A DNA stretch of 64,000 bases from an uncultured Actinomycetes bacterium (GTDB lineage Bacteria; Actinomycetota; UBA4738; JBBDTT01). The notes beneath the pieces are model-generated. The model saw only the letters and a list, made by a program, of their open reading frames with translations, searched no databases and was not told the origin of the DNA. Position 1 is the stretch's first letter. Each line of letters opens with the position of its first letter. Of this stretch, positions 9,611 through 19,507 are shown piece by piece. The translations under genes were made by a program, and so were the position numbers. The stretch is from positions 64,001 to 128,000 of the forward strand of contig CAVUMN010000003.1 of assembly GCA_963742735.1 (NCBI GenBank), in the 5' to 3' direction.

Positions 9611-10537
9611 CTACGGAATCAGCGGCGCAAAGAGTTCGCGGATCTGGTCGGTCCGCACCATCGCTGCCACCATCCCGATCCCGATCAGGACGGCGAACCC
9701 CGCCGCCGAGACCGCGTTGCGGGTCCCGCGACGGCCGAAGCCCTCGGCCGCCACCCCCCCCGCGATGCCGCCGACGAACCCGCCCATGTGCGCGAAGTGA
9801 TCGATGTTCGGGACGATGAACGCGAACACGAGGTTCAGCACCAGGATCGTCCAGACCCACCGCAGGTTCTGCGCGGCCATGGCGAGCTCCCGGCGTCGCC
9901 AGTTGTACGCGACGAACGCTCCGAGCAGCCCGAACACCGCGCCGGACGCCCCGACGCCGACGATCGTCGGCTCGCTGAACCAGTACGAGGCGACGCTGCC
10001 CAGGAACCCCGACACGAAGTAGATGGCGATGAACCGGATCCGGCCCATCGAGGTCTCGATCAGGTTCCCCAACAGGAACAGCGAGTAGCAGTTCACCGCG
10101 ACGTGCCACAGCCCGGCGTGCAGGAACATCGCGGTGACGAAGCGCCACCACTCGCCCGCCAGGGCGATCTGCACGGGCGACATGGCCCCGAGGTCGAGCA
10201 GGGTGATCACCGCGGGACCGCGTCCCAGCGCGCCGCCGGCGCCCTGGACCAGCTCGGCCACGAACATGGTGATGTTCATGGCGATCAGCACGCTGGTGAT
10301 CGCCCCGGGCCGGGAGAGGCGGTACGCCGCCCCGCGAGCTCGCTTCGCCAGCGGCTGGCGGGCGTCGCGCCGGGCCTCGGCGACGCAGGTGGGGCAGTGG
10401 TGGCCTACCGGCGCCGGGTTCATGCACTGCGGACAGATCGGGCGGCCGCACCGCGTGCAGTGGACCCGCGTCTCCTCCTTGGGATGGCGGTAGCAGTGCT
10501 CGATCTCTTCGGGGGCCTCGATCTCCGTGTCCGCCAT
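9611..10537 (-). CDS. rhomboid intramembrane serine protease with N-terminal zinc-binding domain
   Basis: CYRHP..CTRCGRPICPQC; WR, HxxxN, GASG, H..G motifs. Confidence 0.92.
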   Translation of the reverse strand: MADTEIEAPEEIEHCYRHPKEETRVHCTRCGRPICPQCMNPAPVGHHCPTCVAEARRDARQPLAKRARGAAYRLSRPGAITSVLIAMNITMFVAELVQGAGGALGRGPAVITLLDLGAMSPVQIALAGEWWRFVTAMFLHAGLWHVAVNCYSLFLLGNLIETSMGRIRFIAIYFVSGFLGSVASYWFSEPTIVGVGASGAVFGLLGAFVAYNWRRRELAMAAQNLRWVWTILVLNLVFAFIVPNIDHFAHMGGFVGGIAGGVAAEGFGRRGTRNAVSAAGFAVLIGIGMVAAMVRTDQIRELFAPLIP

Positions 10538-10562
10538 CGACCGATCGTAGCAACGAGGCCGG

Positions 10563-11078
10563 TCAGCGCCGGGTCTCGAACATGACCCACTCGATGTCGC
10601 GGTAGCGCTCGATGCCCAGCTCGCGCCATCCGAGCCTGGTGAACACCCGGCGCATCGCGGCGTTCGCCGGCCGCGTCCCGGCCTCCACCCGGGTGGCCAC
10701 GCCGGAGTCGAAGATCCAGCGCACGAAGGCACGGATGGCCTCGCGGCCGTACCCGCGGCCGCGATCCGCCGGGTCGTAGATCATGATCCCGAGCCCGACC
10801 GTCCCCTCTGCCATGCCCTTGACCCGGTACGTCTGGATCTCGCCGAGCAGGCGGCCGCTTCGCGTGGCCATGGCCAGTACCACCCGGCCCCGCCACAGCC
10901 TGCCCGACGTGCGCAGGCGCCGGCGGAGCCGGTCCCGCGACGGCGGACCCCACGGCGAGGACACGGGGTCCAGCCCGCGCACGCCCGCGTGGGCGAGGTC
11001 GAGCTCGTCCATCCGGTAGGCGCGAAGCACGACCCTCCGCCCGCGAAGCACCGGGACGGGCCGGGCCTTCACGCCCAT
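10563..11078 (-). CDS. GNAT (RimJ/RimL-like) acetyltransferase
   Basis: RGRGYGREAI, NAAMRRVFTRLGW. Confidence 0.8.
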   Translation of the reverse strand: MGVKARPVPVLRGRRVVLRAYRMDELDLAHAGVRGLDPVSSPWGPPSRDRLRRRLRTSGRLWRGRVVLAMATRSGRLLGEIQTYRVKGMAEGTVGLGIMIYDPADRGRGYGREAIRAFVRWIFDSGVATRVEAGTRPANAAMRRVFTRLGWRELGIERYRDIEWVMFETRR

Positions 11079-11124
11079 CCGATCACCCGGGCCATGGCGC
11101 GCAAGGATATGGGAGGGTGGGTTC

Positions 11125-12273
11125 GTGAGGGTCGGATCGGCGTTGATCACGGATCGGATCGGCCGGGAGGCCGCGATGGACGCCGCCGTTCGTGCGCGGA
11201 AGGGCCTGCGCGGCGAGCCGGCCTCCCTGGCGGCCGTGTTCGCCTCACCCCACCACTTCGGCGCGGCGGAGGCGATCCTCGACGCGATCCATGAGGCCGC
11301 CGGGCCCCAGGCGGTCATCGGCTGCATCGCCGAGTCGGTCGTCGGCGACGGCCGTGAGATCGAGGAGGCCCCGGCGATCTCGGTCTGGCTGGCGTCGCTG
11401 CCCGCGGCTCCCGAGACCTTCCACCTCCGCTTCGAGCCGATGACCGGCGGCGGGTCGTTCACCGGCTGGCCCGCGGACGACGGCGCCGGCGCGTACCTCA
11501 TGCTCGCCGACCCCTTCACCTTTCCGGTCGATCCGTTCCTGCGGGCGCTCGACGAGCGCACGCCGGGCAGCGCCATCGTCGGCGGGATGGCCAGCGGGGG
11601 GAGCGGCCCGGGCGGGACCGTGCTGTTCCGCGACCGCGAGGTCCTGGCCGACGGCGCGGTCGGGTGCCGTCTCCCCGTGACGATGGTTCCCCTCGTCTCC
11701 CAAGGGTGCCGGCCGGTCGGCCGGTCGTTCACGGTCACCCGCGCGGAGGGCAACGTCATCCACGAGCTCGCCGGCGAGCCCGCCCTGGACCGCATCCGGG
11801 AGACCTACGCGTCGCTGGCCCGGCCGGACAAGGAGCTGATGGCCAACGGCCTGCACATCGGCAGGGTCATCGACGAGTACAAGGCCGAGCACGGCCAGGG
11901 CGACTTCCTGATCCGCGCCGTCATCGGCGGCGACACCGACAACGGCGCGATCGCGGTGGGCGACGCGATCGAAGTGGGGGAGACCGTCCAGTTCCACGTC
12001 CGCGACGCGGCGTCGGCCGACGAGGATCTCCGCTCGATGCTCGACCGCCGCGACCTGGGCGGCACGCCGGCCGGAGTGCTGCTGTTCACGTGCAACGGCC
12101 GCGGCTCGCGGTTGTTCTCCACCCCCGACCACGACGCGGCGCTGATCGCCGACCAGCTGCGCGTCCCGACGGCCGGGTTCTTCGCGGCGGGCGAGATCGG
12201 ACCGGTCGGAGGGAGGAATTTCCTCCACGGGTTCACCGCGAGCCTCGCGGTGTTCGTCGACTCTGCGAGCTAG
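11125..12273 (+). CDS. FIST domain signal transduction protein
   Basis: LADPF, GGMASG, SQGCRPVG, FTCNGRG, GFFAAGEIGP. Confidence 0.9.
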   Translation: MRVGSALITDRIGREAAMDAAVRARKGLRGEPASLAAVFASPHHFGAAEAILDAIHEAAGPQAVIGCIAESVVGDGREIEEAPAISVWLASLPAAPETFHLRFEPMTGGGSFTGWPADDGAGAYLMLADPFTFPVDPFLRALDERTPGSAIVGGMASGGSGPGGTVLFRDREVLADGAVGCRLPVTMVPLVSQGCRPVGRSFTVTRAEGNVIHELAGEPALDRIRETYASLARPDKELMANGLHIGRVIDEYKAEHGQGDFLIRAVIGGDTDNGAIAVGDAIEVGETVQFHVRDAASADEDLRSMLDRRDLGGTPAGVLLFTCNGRGSRLFSTPDHDAALIADQLRVPTAGFFAAGEIGPVGGRNFLHGFTASLAVFVDSAS

Positions 12274-12479
12274 GCCGCGATCAGGCGCCTGAACCCGCAC
12301 TCGGGGCAGCGCTCGTCCTCGGCCGTGAGCGGGTGGCCGCAGTACGCGCAGGGGCCGCTCTCGGCCGGCGGCTCGTCGCTCTTGTTGCGGTTGCGCGTCC
12401 CGTAGGCGAACACCAGCAGGACGATCACGATCGGGAGCAGGACCTCGTCCCAGCCACCCTGGTGCGCCAGCATGTTCAT
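12270..12479 (-). CDS. small membrane protein with C-terminal zinc ribbon
   Basis: LAHQGGWDE, TM, CAYC..CPEC; ATGA overlap with upstream gene. Confidence 0.65.
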   Translation of the reverse strand: MNMLAHQGGWDEVLLPIVIVLLVFAYGTRNRNKSDEPPAESGPCAYCGHPLTAEDERCPECGFRRLIAA

Positions 12480-13798
12480 CCTCCCGACAGGATCAGCAGT
12501 CCGCCGGCCGTGAACGCCACCATCACCGCGAGCAGAGCGTACTGGGTGCGCAGGGCCCGCCGGGTCGGGAACGAGGCCACCGCCCGGTCGTGAGCCAGGA
12601 TCACGCCGCCGACGTGTCCGGCGACGATCGCCGCGACCTGCACGTACCAGATCGCCGTGGGCGAGACGAGCTGGAAGTTGGGGACCCAGGTCGCCGTCCC
12701 GATCAGGTCCCACCCCCGGCCGAACGGGTCGGCCAGGACCGACAGGCCGATCTGTCCCTCCAGGACCAGCGCCGAGAAGTAATGGGCCACCGCGTACGCG
12801 AGGGCGATCGGAACCAAGCTGTGGGCGAACTTCACCGCCAGGGGATGCCGTCGCTGGCCGGACAGCGCGGCTCCCGCCCCCATGGCGAACGCGTAGATCC
12901 CCGAGACGACGAGCACCATCCCCACCAGGCCGGCCGTGGACAGCAGGGTCCGGGCGAGGCCCGAGGTCCCGCCCAGCCACGACAGCCACAGCGAGGTCCG
13001 CGAGAAGCCGTCGAACGACGTGGACCCGATCAGGACCATCAGGACCGCGACCAGTCCCGGCTGGGGCCGCACCGCGGTCAGCCCCGCGAGCGGCGGCCTG
13101 ACGACGACGCGGCCCTCCTCATCGCGGGCGAGCGGCGCCATTCGCCCCAGCAATTCGAAGTAGACCGCGAACCCCTCGCCGCCTCGGTTCCACGTGTCGC
13201 GGCCGAACGCCGACATCCCCAGCAGCGTGACGGCGGTGTACACGAGCATCGCGATGCCCAGGATCCGGGGGTCCGAGCCCTGCGGGTACACCAGCTCCAT
13301 CCACACGAACCCCAGCAGCGCGAGCGCCGCGGGCCACCGCCCGAGCCATCTCGGGTACTCGCGCTCGCCTTCCTCGAGGCGCAGAAGCCGCGCGAGGGTG
13401 TCGAACGGCGAGAGCGTGGCCCACAGGTTCCCGAACAGCGCGTGGAGGAAGGCGAGCCCGATCCAGAACCAGATGTAGACGATCCACGGGGCCGGGTTGA
13501 GGTCGGCGACGGGGTCGCCGAACAGCGCCGCCGCGAGGATCAGCAGGAAGAACGCGAGGGAGAGCCCGCGCACGGTCCACTCCACGGCGGGCGCGCGCAG
13601 GAGCCGCTGCAGCCGGTCGGACACGGGTCGTCCGGACCGGCCACCCTCGAGGCGCGGCTCCGGCCACAGCGCCGCGAGGGCCACGAACGACACGACGACC
13701 ACGGTCGCGGCGCCGTAGACGAACAGCCACCGGGGGACGGGGAGGTCGACCCGGCCGCCGATGCCGTGGGCGAGGATCCCGCCCAGGCCGGAGGTCAC
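12476..13798 (-). CDS. multi-pass membrane protein (family often labelled fenitrothion hydrolase/FedB-like)
   Basis: AHGIGGRVDLPVP N-terminus, RWPA, HSLVPIALAYAVAHY, GHV..AHD. Confidence 0.75.
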   Translation of the reverse strand: MTSGLGGILAHGIGGRVDLPVPRWLFVYGAATVVVVSFVALAALWPEPRLEGGRSGRPVSDRLQRLLRAPAVEWTVRGLSLAFFLLILAAALFGDPVADLNPAPWIVYIWFWIGLAFLHALFGNLWATLSPFDTLARLLRLEEGEREYPRWLGRWPAALALLGFVWMELVYPQGSDPRILGIAMLVYTAVTLLGMSAFGRDTWNRGGEGFAVYFELLGRMAPLARDEEGRVVVRPPLAGLTAVRPQPGLVAVLMVLIGSTSFDGFSRTSLWLSWLGGTSGLARTLLSTAGLVGMVLVVSGIYAFAMGAGAALSGQRRHPLAVKFAHSLVPIALAYAVAHYFSALVLEGQIGLSVLADPFGRGWDLIGTATWVPNFQLVSPTAIWYVQVAAIVAGHVGGVILAHDRAVASFPTRRALRTQYALLAVMVAFTAGGLLILSGG

Positions 13799-14244
13799 GC
13801 CCCGACTTCCAGCCTGAACAGCAGGACCGAGCGCTCCTCGAGCTCGACCTCGAACACGCCGGAGATGTCGGCCACGAACTGGAACTCCGCCGGCTGGCCC
13901 GGTCCGACGTCCTTCTTGAAGTCGTAGGTGTGCACGTGCACCTCATCGGCCACGTCCGAGGTGACTACGATGTGGACCGTCGCCCCGCGCGGGACCTGGA
14001 CCCGGCCCCCCTCCGGCCCCTGGGTAACCTGCCCGTCCTCGAACTCGACCTCGACCTCGACCACGTCGGGGGTCGGCGAGGTGGTCGTCGTCTCGGTCGG
14101 CGTGACGGAGGACGTCTCGGTCGAGGTCGGCGTCGGCGAGGCTCCGTTCGATGGCCCCTCGTCCGAGGGGCGGAGAACCAGGAACAGCGTGACGAGGGCG
14201 GCGACGCCCACCACGAGCGCGATCCAGCGGGTGCTCTTGTTCAT
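13795..14244 (-). CDS. exported cupredoxin-like protein
   Basis: N-terminal TM, Thr/Pro linker, DEVHVHTYD...GVFEVELE. Confidence 0.7.
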   Translation of the reverse strand: MNKSTRWIALVVGVAALVTLFLVLRPSDEGPSNGASPTPTSTETSSVTPTETTTTSPTPDVVEVEVEFEDGQVTQGPEGGRVQVPRGATVHIVVTSDVADEVHVHTYDFKKDVGPGQPAEFQFVADISGVFEVELEERSVLLFRLEVGA

Positions 14245-14285
14245 GCGGCAAGCGTATCGGGAGGAGCGGGGTTTCGGTGGCCGGC

Positions 14286-14696
14286 CTAGCCGTGCTCCCA
14301 GGCGGTCCAGTCCTGCACGTCGACCGCGAGCACAATCTCGCCGGGGTCGGTCTCGGCGTACTGGGGGTACTTGTCGCGCAGCAGCCCCAGGGCCCGGTCG
14401 GTCTCCTGTTCGTTGTCCACCACCCGGCCCGCCCCCCGGACCCGCACCCACCACAGCGAGCGCCACCGCTCGGCGTACTCGTCCACGAGCACCGTCACGC
14501 GCGGATCCCGCTCGATGTTGGCCACGCGCTTCAGCCTGGTGGTGCGCTTGGGCTTCGCGTCGACGGGCGAGAACAGGGTGTCGCCGTCGAGGACGAAGAC
14601 GAAGGGCACGACGTTCGGCCGTCCGTCCGGGTCGATGGTGGCCAGGCGGCCGACGGGGGCCGCGGCCACCCGCCGGCGCATCTCCTCCGGGCTCAC
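14286..14696 (-). CDS. PPOX-class putative F420-dependent enzyme
   Basis: GRLAT..GRPNVVP..VDAKPK..LKRVANI..LWWVR; GTGA overlap with ogt. Confidence 0.85.
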   Translation of the reverse strand: MSPEEMRRRVAAAPVGRLATIDPDGRPNVVPFVFVLDGDTLFSPVDAKPKRTTRLKRVANIERDPRVTVLVDEYAERWRSLWWVRVRGAGRVVDNEQETDRALGLLRDKYPQYAETDPGEIVLAVDVQDWTAWEHG

Positions 14697-15293
14697 AGAG
14701 CCCCTTCGATCGCGAGCAGCGTCCGCTTTCGGTCCAGGCCGCCGCCGTAGCCGCCGAGCCCCCCGTCCTTGTGGAGCACCCGGTGACACGGGACCACGAT
14801 CGGGATGGGGTTGGCGCCCAGGGCATTTCCGGCGGCGCGCTGCGCCCGGGGGCTTCCCGCCCGCTTCGCGACGTCGGTGTAGGTCGAGACCGATCCGAAC
14901 GGGATCCGTGCGGTCGCCTCGAGCACCTTGCGGGTGAACCCACGCAGGATCGTCCAGTCCACCGGGACCTCGAACCGCGTGCGCCGGCCGTCGAAGTACT
15001 CGTCGAGCTCGCGGCGGGCCTGGTCCAGGCGGGCCGGGCGCGTGCAGGATCCGGGGGCTCACGTCGGCGGCGATCTCCTCGAGGATCTCGTCCTCGGTCT
15101 CCCCGTCGATCCAGTGGACCCGGACCAGTCCCCGCGAGGAGTTGGCCAGGATCAGCCGGCCGATGGGGGAGTCCATCTGGTCGTATGCCACGTCGGTTTC
15201 GCCGGCCATGCGCGCGGCGAACCGCTCGGCCGCCGCCCGGGCCAGCTCCGGGATCTCCCTCCCGCCCTTCAGCGCGCGCGTCACGTCGCTCAT
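14693..15293 (-). CDS. ogt: methylated-DNA--protein-cysteine methyltransferase (one extra base near 15037)
   Basis: DSPIGRL in one frame, RELDEYF...NPIPIVVPCHRV in another; removing one base joins them. Confidence 0.85.
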
Positions 15294-15779
15294 GACCTCG
15301 CCTCCCAGACCTCACGGAGCTTGCGGACGCCCTGGTAGGCGTTCGCGCGCGCCGACTCCTCGGTCGTGTCGATCAGCCTGGCCACGTCCGCGTAGGCCAG
15401 GTCGTGCACGTAACGATGGACCACGGCCGCCCGCTGCTTCGGCGGCAGCTCGCGCACGGCCCGCCACAGCTCGGGCTCGCCGTCGGTCGCCTCCCGTCCG
15501 CCGGGTCGCTCGGGAAGCTCCTCCACGGGCAGCGGCCGCCGCGACCGTCCGCGCCCGGCGTCGATCGCCTTGCGGGTGGCGATCTTCAGGATCCACGGAG
15601 CGGAGGTCGCCGCCGGGCCGCAGCCGGGGGTACGCGCGGTACGCGGCCAGGAACGTCTCCTGGAAGACGTCGTCGGCGTCGTCCGGCCCGGCCATCGCCC
15701 GGACCACGCGGTAGACCGTCGTGCGGTGCTCGTCCAGGAACCGCTGGAACGGCGGGATCGGATCCACGCGCTGCAACAC
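15290..15779 (-). CDS. ECF sigma factor (one extra base near 15597)
   Basis: DDVFQETFLAAYRAY then WILKIATRKAID...LPPKQRAAV in the shifted frame. Confidence 0.85.
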
Positions 15780-15809
15780 GTCCGGCGGCCGCCTTCCGTG
15801 AAACGGAGG

Positions 15810-16521
15810 TCATAATCGGGGGCCACGGGACGTGGCGGTACGGACCGGGCTCGGGGAACCGCCCCCGCGCGGCGAGGGCCTCCGCCCGGGCGGCGGTCTC
15901 CTCCGCCTCCTCCGGCGAGAGCAGCTCCGTCAGCCGCCCGGCGAGCGGCGGCTCCCGGAGCGTCTTCGCGGCGGCGCGCACGTCGGCGAGCAGCTCCGGC
16001 GGAACGGCGTCGCCGGCGAAGTCCCACACCACCGTGCGCATGGTGGGTTCCACGTTGAAGCAGGTCCCGTGGTCGACGAGCCACACGCGATCGTCCGGGC
16101 CGAGCAGACAGTGTCCGCCCTTGCGGTCGGCGTTGTTCACGATCGCGTCGAACAGGGCCACGCGCATGAACGCCTCGGCGCGGCCGGCGCGGAGCGTGAA
16201 GTAGTGCTGGTCGGGGTCGTGCTCGACGAAGACCTGGACGGCGCCGATCCCGTGCGGGCCGTCGCCCTGAACGGTGAGAGGGACGTCGGGCCACCCGAGC
16301 GCGTTCGCGACCTCGAACGCGGCGATCTCCCGGCGCCACAGCGTCCCCTCGGGGAAGTCCCACAGCGGCGCCTCGCCCCGGCGCGGCTTGTAGATGGCGA
16401 GGGTCGTGCCGGCCTCGCCGGTCGCCTCGGCCAGGAAGGTGCCGTTGGACGCGCCCGCCACCAGCCCCAGCAGGCGAAGGTTCCCGCCGGCCAGGGCCTC
16501 GCGCAGCGCGGGCCCGCTCAG
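15810..16521 (-). CDS. SCO1664 family kinase-like protein (start approximate; extra base near the stop)
   Basis: ASNGTFL, IYKPRRGEAPLWDFPEGTL, NNADRKGGH, DHG, PWPPI; TGA lies one base out of frame. Confidence 0.8.
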
Positions 16522-17033
16522 ACCGACCCGATCTCCCGATGTCCGTTCTTCGCCGCGCACCAGTGCCCCTCGGGATCCATGGGTTGACCGCACAGCTGGC
16601 AGGCCGGGCGGCCCGACGCCACCACCTCGGCGCCGTGACGGGCCAGGCCGAGCATCTGCTCGCGGGTGGCCCACAGTCGCGCCTCCTCGGGAACGCGATC
16701 CTTCGGCTCCTCGTCCTCGGGGATCATCTCCTCGAGGTCCAGCACCAACAGGTCGCGCTCCTCCTGATAGCCGATCGAGAGGCGGCCGGCCCGCCACTCG
16801 CCCGCCACGGGCTCCTCCAGGACCAGCTCCGCGTCGGCGATCGCGGCCGGGTCGGTCTCGATGCCGACCTTCTCCAGGATCTCCATGATCGACGCGGCGA
16901 GCAGCCGGACCTGCTCCTTCTCCAGGACCACGGTGAGGGTCTCGGGTCCCTTGCGGGCCTGCAGGAAGAACGTGCGGTCCCCGGGCTCGCCCACCGCGTC
17001 CGCGGTGATGCGATCGACCGGGTCGAGCTCCAC
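16518..17033 (-). CDS. DUF3090 family protein
   Basis: GEPGDRTFFLQA, LEKEQV, GRPACQLCGQPMDPEGHWC. Confidence 0.88.
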   Translation of the reverse strand: MELDPVDRITADAVGEPGDRTFFLQARKGPETLTVVLEKEQVRLLAASIMEILEKVGIETDPAAIADAELVLEEPVAGEWRAGRLSIGYQEERDLLVLDLEEMIPEDEEPKDRVPEEARLWATREQMLGLARHGAEVVASGRPACQLCGQPMDPEGHWCAAKNGHREIGSV

Positions 17034-17038
17034 GCTTC

Positions 17039-17695
17039 CTATCCTCCCACCGCCCGCGCCCGAGGTTTCCGGGGCGGCGGCTTCTGCGGGGTCAGGTCCA
17101 GCAGCGTGCCGGTGTCGTTCACGCGAAGGACCCGCGGCGTGCCGCCCTCCAGGACCACCGCCGACACCGAGGCCGGCGACACCGCCGTCCGCTGGAACAG
17201 GTCGATGTGCACGCCCGAGTAGTGGGCGAGCAGCAGCCGGATGACGTCCGCGTGGGTGGCCGCGACGATCGTCCGGCGCGGGTGGCGGGCCGCCAGCTCG
17301 TTGACCGCCGCCACCGCCCGGGCCTGGACCTCGCCGAGCGTCTCGCCGTTGGGGAACCGCACCTGCGAGGGCGCGCGCATGATCTGCTTCCACAGGTTCG
17401 TGCGGACCAGCGAGCGCAGCGGCCGGCCCGTCCAGTCGCCGTAGCGGACCTCCCCCAGGTCCTCGACCTCACCGACCTGCAGCCGCTGTCGCGACGCGAT
17501 CGCGTCGGCCGTCTCCCGGCACCGCTCCAGCGGGCTGGAATAGACGGCGGCGAGCTTGAGGGCCGTGAGCCGCTCGCCGAGCGCGGCGGCCTGGGCCCGC
17601 CCGGGCTCGTCGAGGTGATGCCCCGGGGCCCACCCGGTCAGGGTGTGTCCGGTGGCCGCGGTCGTCGCGTGTCGAACGAGCAGTACCAGCGCCAT
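17039..17695 (-). CDS. histidine phosphatase family protein (MSMEG_4193-like phosphomutase)
   Basis: LVRHA, SSPLERCRETA, YGDWTG, THADVI. Confidence 0.88.
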   Translation of the reverse strand: MALVLLVRHATTAATGHTLTGWAPGHHLDEPGRAQAAALGERLTALKLAAVYSSPLERCRETADAIASRQRLQVGEVEDLGEVRYGDWTGRPLRSLVRTNLWKQIMRAPSQVRFPNGETLGEVQARAVAAVNELAARHPRRTIVAATHADVIRLLLAHYSGVHIDLFQRTAVSPASVSAVVLEGGTPRVLRVNDTGTLLDLTPQKPPPRKPRARAVGG

Positions 17696-17714
17696 CGCAC
17701 GCGAAGGATACGGG

Positions 17715-19418
17715 TCAGGGCGAGGCGGGGAGGCGGACCTCGAACGTGGTGCCACGGCCGAGCTCGCTGTCGACCGATACCGATCCGCCGTGGTTCTCGG
17801 CGACGTGCTTCACGATCGACAGTCCGAGGCCTGTCCCGCCGGTCTCGCGGGACCGGGCCCGGTCGACGCGGTAGAACCGCTCGAAGATCCGGGGCAGGTC
17901 CCGGGTGGGGATCCCGACGCCGGTGTCCGCCACGCGGATCAGCGCGGTCCCGTCCTCGGAGGACAGGCCGACGTCCACGCGCCCGCCCTCGGCCGTGTAG
18001 CGGACGGCGTTGTCGACCAGGTTGCGGACCAGCAGCCGCAGGTCGCGCTCGGAGCCGCGGACCTCGACCGGCCCGCCGGGCTCGACGCGCACCCGAACCC
18101 CGGCCGAGCCCGCCGGCTCCGCGAAGCGCTCGGCCTCCTCCCGGACGACGCCGTCCAGCCGGACCCGTTCCACCTGCTCCGACCCCGCCTCCAGCCGCGA
18201 CAGGTCCAGCAGGTCGGACACGATCCGCGACAGGCGGACGGCCTCCTTCTCGACCCGGTCCGCGAATCGCGGAACGACGTGCGGATCGTCGAGCGCCGCC
18301 TGGGAGATCGTCTCCGCGGCCGCCTGGATCGAGGCGACGGGCGTCTTCAGCTCGTGGGAGGCGTTGGTGACGAAGTCTCGCCGGACCGCCTCCAGCCGCC
18401 GGGCCTGCGTCACGTCCCTGACCACGAGCAGGATCGATCCGCCGGGCTCGACGGGGACGAAGGCGCATCGCAGCCACCGGGCCGGCGACCCGGTCTCCAC
18501 CTCGGTCGCGGTCGGGCCACCGGCGGCCGGCGCCGCCTCGGCCGCGTCGCGCAGCCGGATGGGGAGCAGCGAGCGCAGCGAGGACGGGTGGCTCCCGAGA
18601 TGGCGCTCGACCGCGGCGTTCGCGAACGTGACCTCCCCGTCGGCCGCGGCGAGCAGCACGCCCTCCTCCATCGAGGACAGGATCAGGTCGCGGGTGCGCT
18701 GCGCGTCCTCGGCCGTCCGCATCTGTGTCTCGATGCGTTCGGACATCGAGTTCAGGGTGTCGGCCAGGAGCGCGAGCTCGACGGGTCCGTCGGACCCGAG
18801 CCTCGGCGGCAGGCCTCGATCGTCCGTGCGCTCGAGCGACTCGGTCAGCCTCCGGAGCGGCCTCGCGACGCTGCGGCCGACCAGGAGGACCCCCGCGACG
18901 GTCGCGGCCGCGGTCACGATCAGCCCGAGGATCACGGCGGTTCGCACCCGGCGCTGCTGCGTCCGCACCCGGGTGAGGGGATAGGCGAGCCTCACGACGC
19001 GGCCGTTCTCCGGCGGCAGGGCGACGTACAGCAACTCGATGCCCACGCTCTGGCTGAGGCGGGTGTCCGTGCCGATCCGTCCGGCCAGGGCCTCGCGAAC
19101 CTCGGGGCGGTCCGCGTGGTTCTCGAGCCCCTCCGGATCGCGGTCGGACTCCGCGACGACCTCTCCGTCGGAGCGGATCACCGTGATGCGAACGTCGCCC
19201 GCTCGGCCGAGCCGCACGGCCGCGTCCTGCGCCGCCTCGTCGTCGGCCGGCAGCGCCGAACGGATGGTCTGGGCCTGCGAGACGAGCGACTCGGTCAGGG
19301 CCTCGACGGCTTCTCGCTGCAGGGTGCGATCCAGGACGAATCCGAGCGCGGCCAGGAGGACGAGGACCACCGCGACCTGCCAGGCGAACAGTCTGCCGAC
19401 GAGCGTCCGGGGCCTCAC
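17715..19418 (-). CDS. phoR: phosphate-regulon sensor histidine kinase (PhoR/SenX3-like)
   Basis: 2 TM, ENHADRPE, HAMP, PAS-like region, NASHELKTP, FYRVDRARSRETGGTGLGL. Confidence 0.85.
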   Translation of the reverse strand: MRPRTLVGRLFAWQVAVVLVLLAALGFVLDRTLQREAVEALTESLVSQAQTIRSALPADDEAAQDAAVRLGRAGDVRITVIRSDGEVVAESDRDPEGLENHADRPEVREALAGRIGTDTRLSQSVGIELLYVALPPENGRVVRLAYPLTRVRTQQRRVRTAVILGLIVTAAATVAGVLLVGRSVARPLRRLTESLERTDDRGLPPRLGSDGPVELALLADTLNSMSERIETQMRTAEDAQRTRDLILSSMEEGVLLAAADGEVTFANAAVERHLGSHPSSLRSLLPIRLRDAAEAAPAAGGPTATEVETGSPARWLRCAFVPVEPGGSILLVVRDVTQARRLEAVRRDFVTNASHELKTPVASIQAAAETISQAALDDPHVVPRFADRVEKEAVRLSRIVSDLLDLSRLEAGSEQVERVRLDGVVREEAERFAEPAGSAGVRVRVEPGGPVEVRGSERDLRLLVRNLVDNAVRYTAEGGRVDVGLSSEDGTALIRVADTGVGIPTRDLPRIFERFYRVDRARSRETGGTGLGLSIVKHVAENHGGSVSVDSELGRGTTFEVRLPASP

Positions 19419-19446
19419 GACGGCGTCAGTCTAGGGGGGGACCAAG

Positions 19447-19501
19447 CTTCATCGGCCGTTCACCGTCGGGCCGGGGCGCGGCCACCCCTGATCGCTACGG
19501 T
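19447..19501 (+). promoter_or_regulatory. PHO box (two 11-nt repeats) plus -10
   Basis: CTTCATCGGCC GTTCACCGTCG at 19447-19468; TACGGT at 19496. Confidence 0.75.
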
Positions 19502-19507
19502 GCGGAC

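Noticed and set aside
13795-16797. Apparent fusion ORFs (Ogt-PPOX 14286-15293, 13795-15315, 15290-16363)
   Set aside because: Produced by single-base frameshifts and open shadow frames, not true fusions
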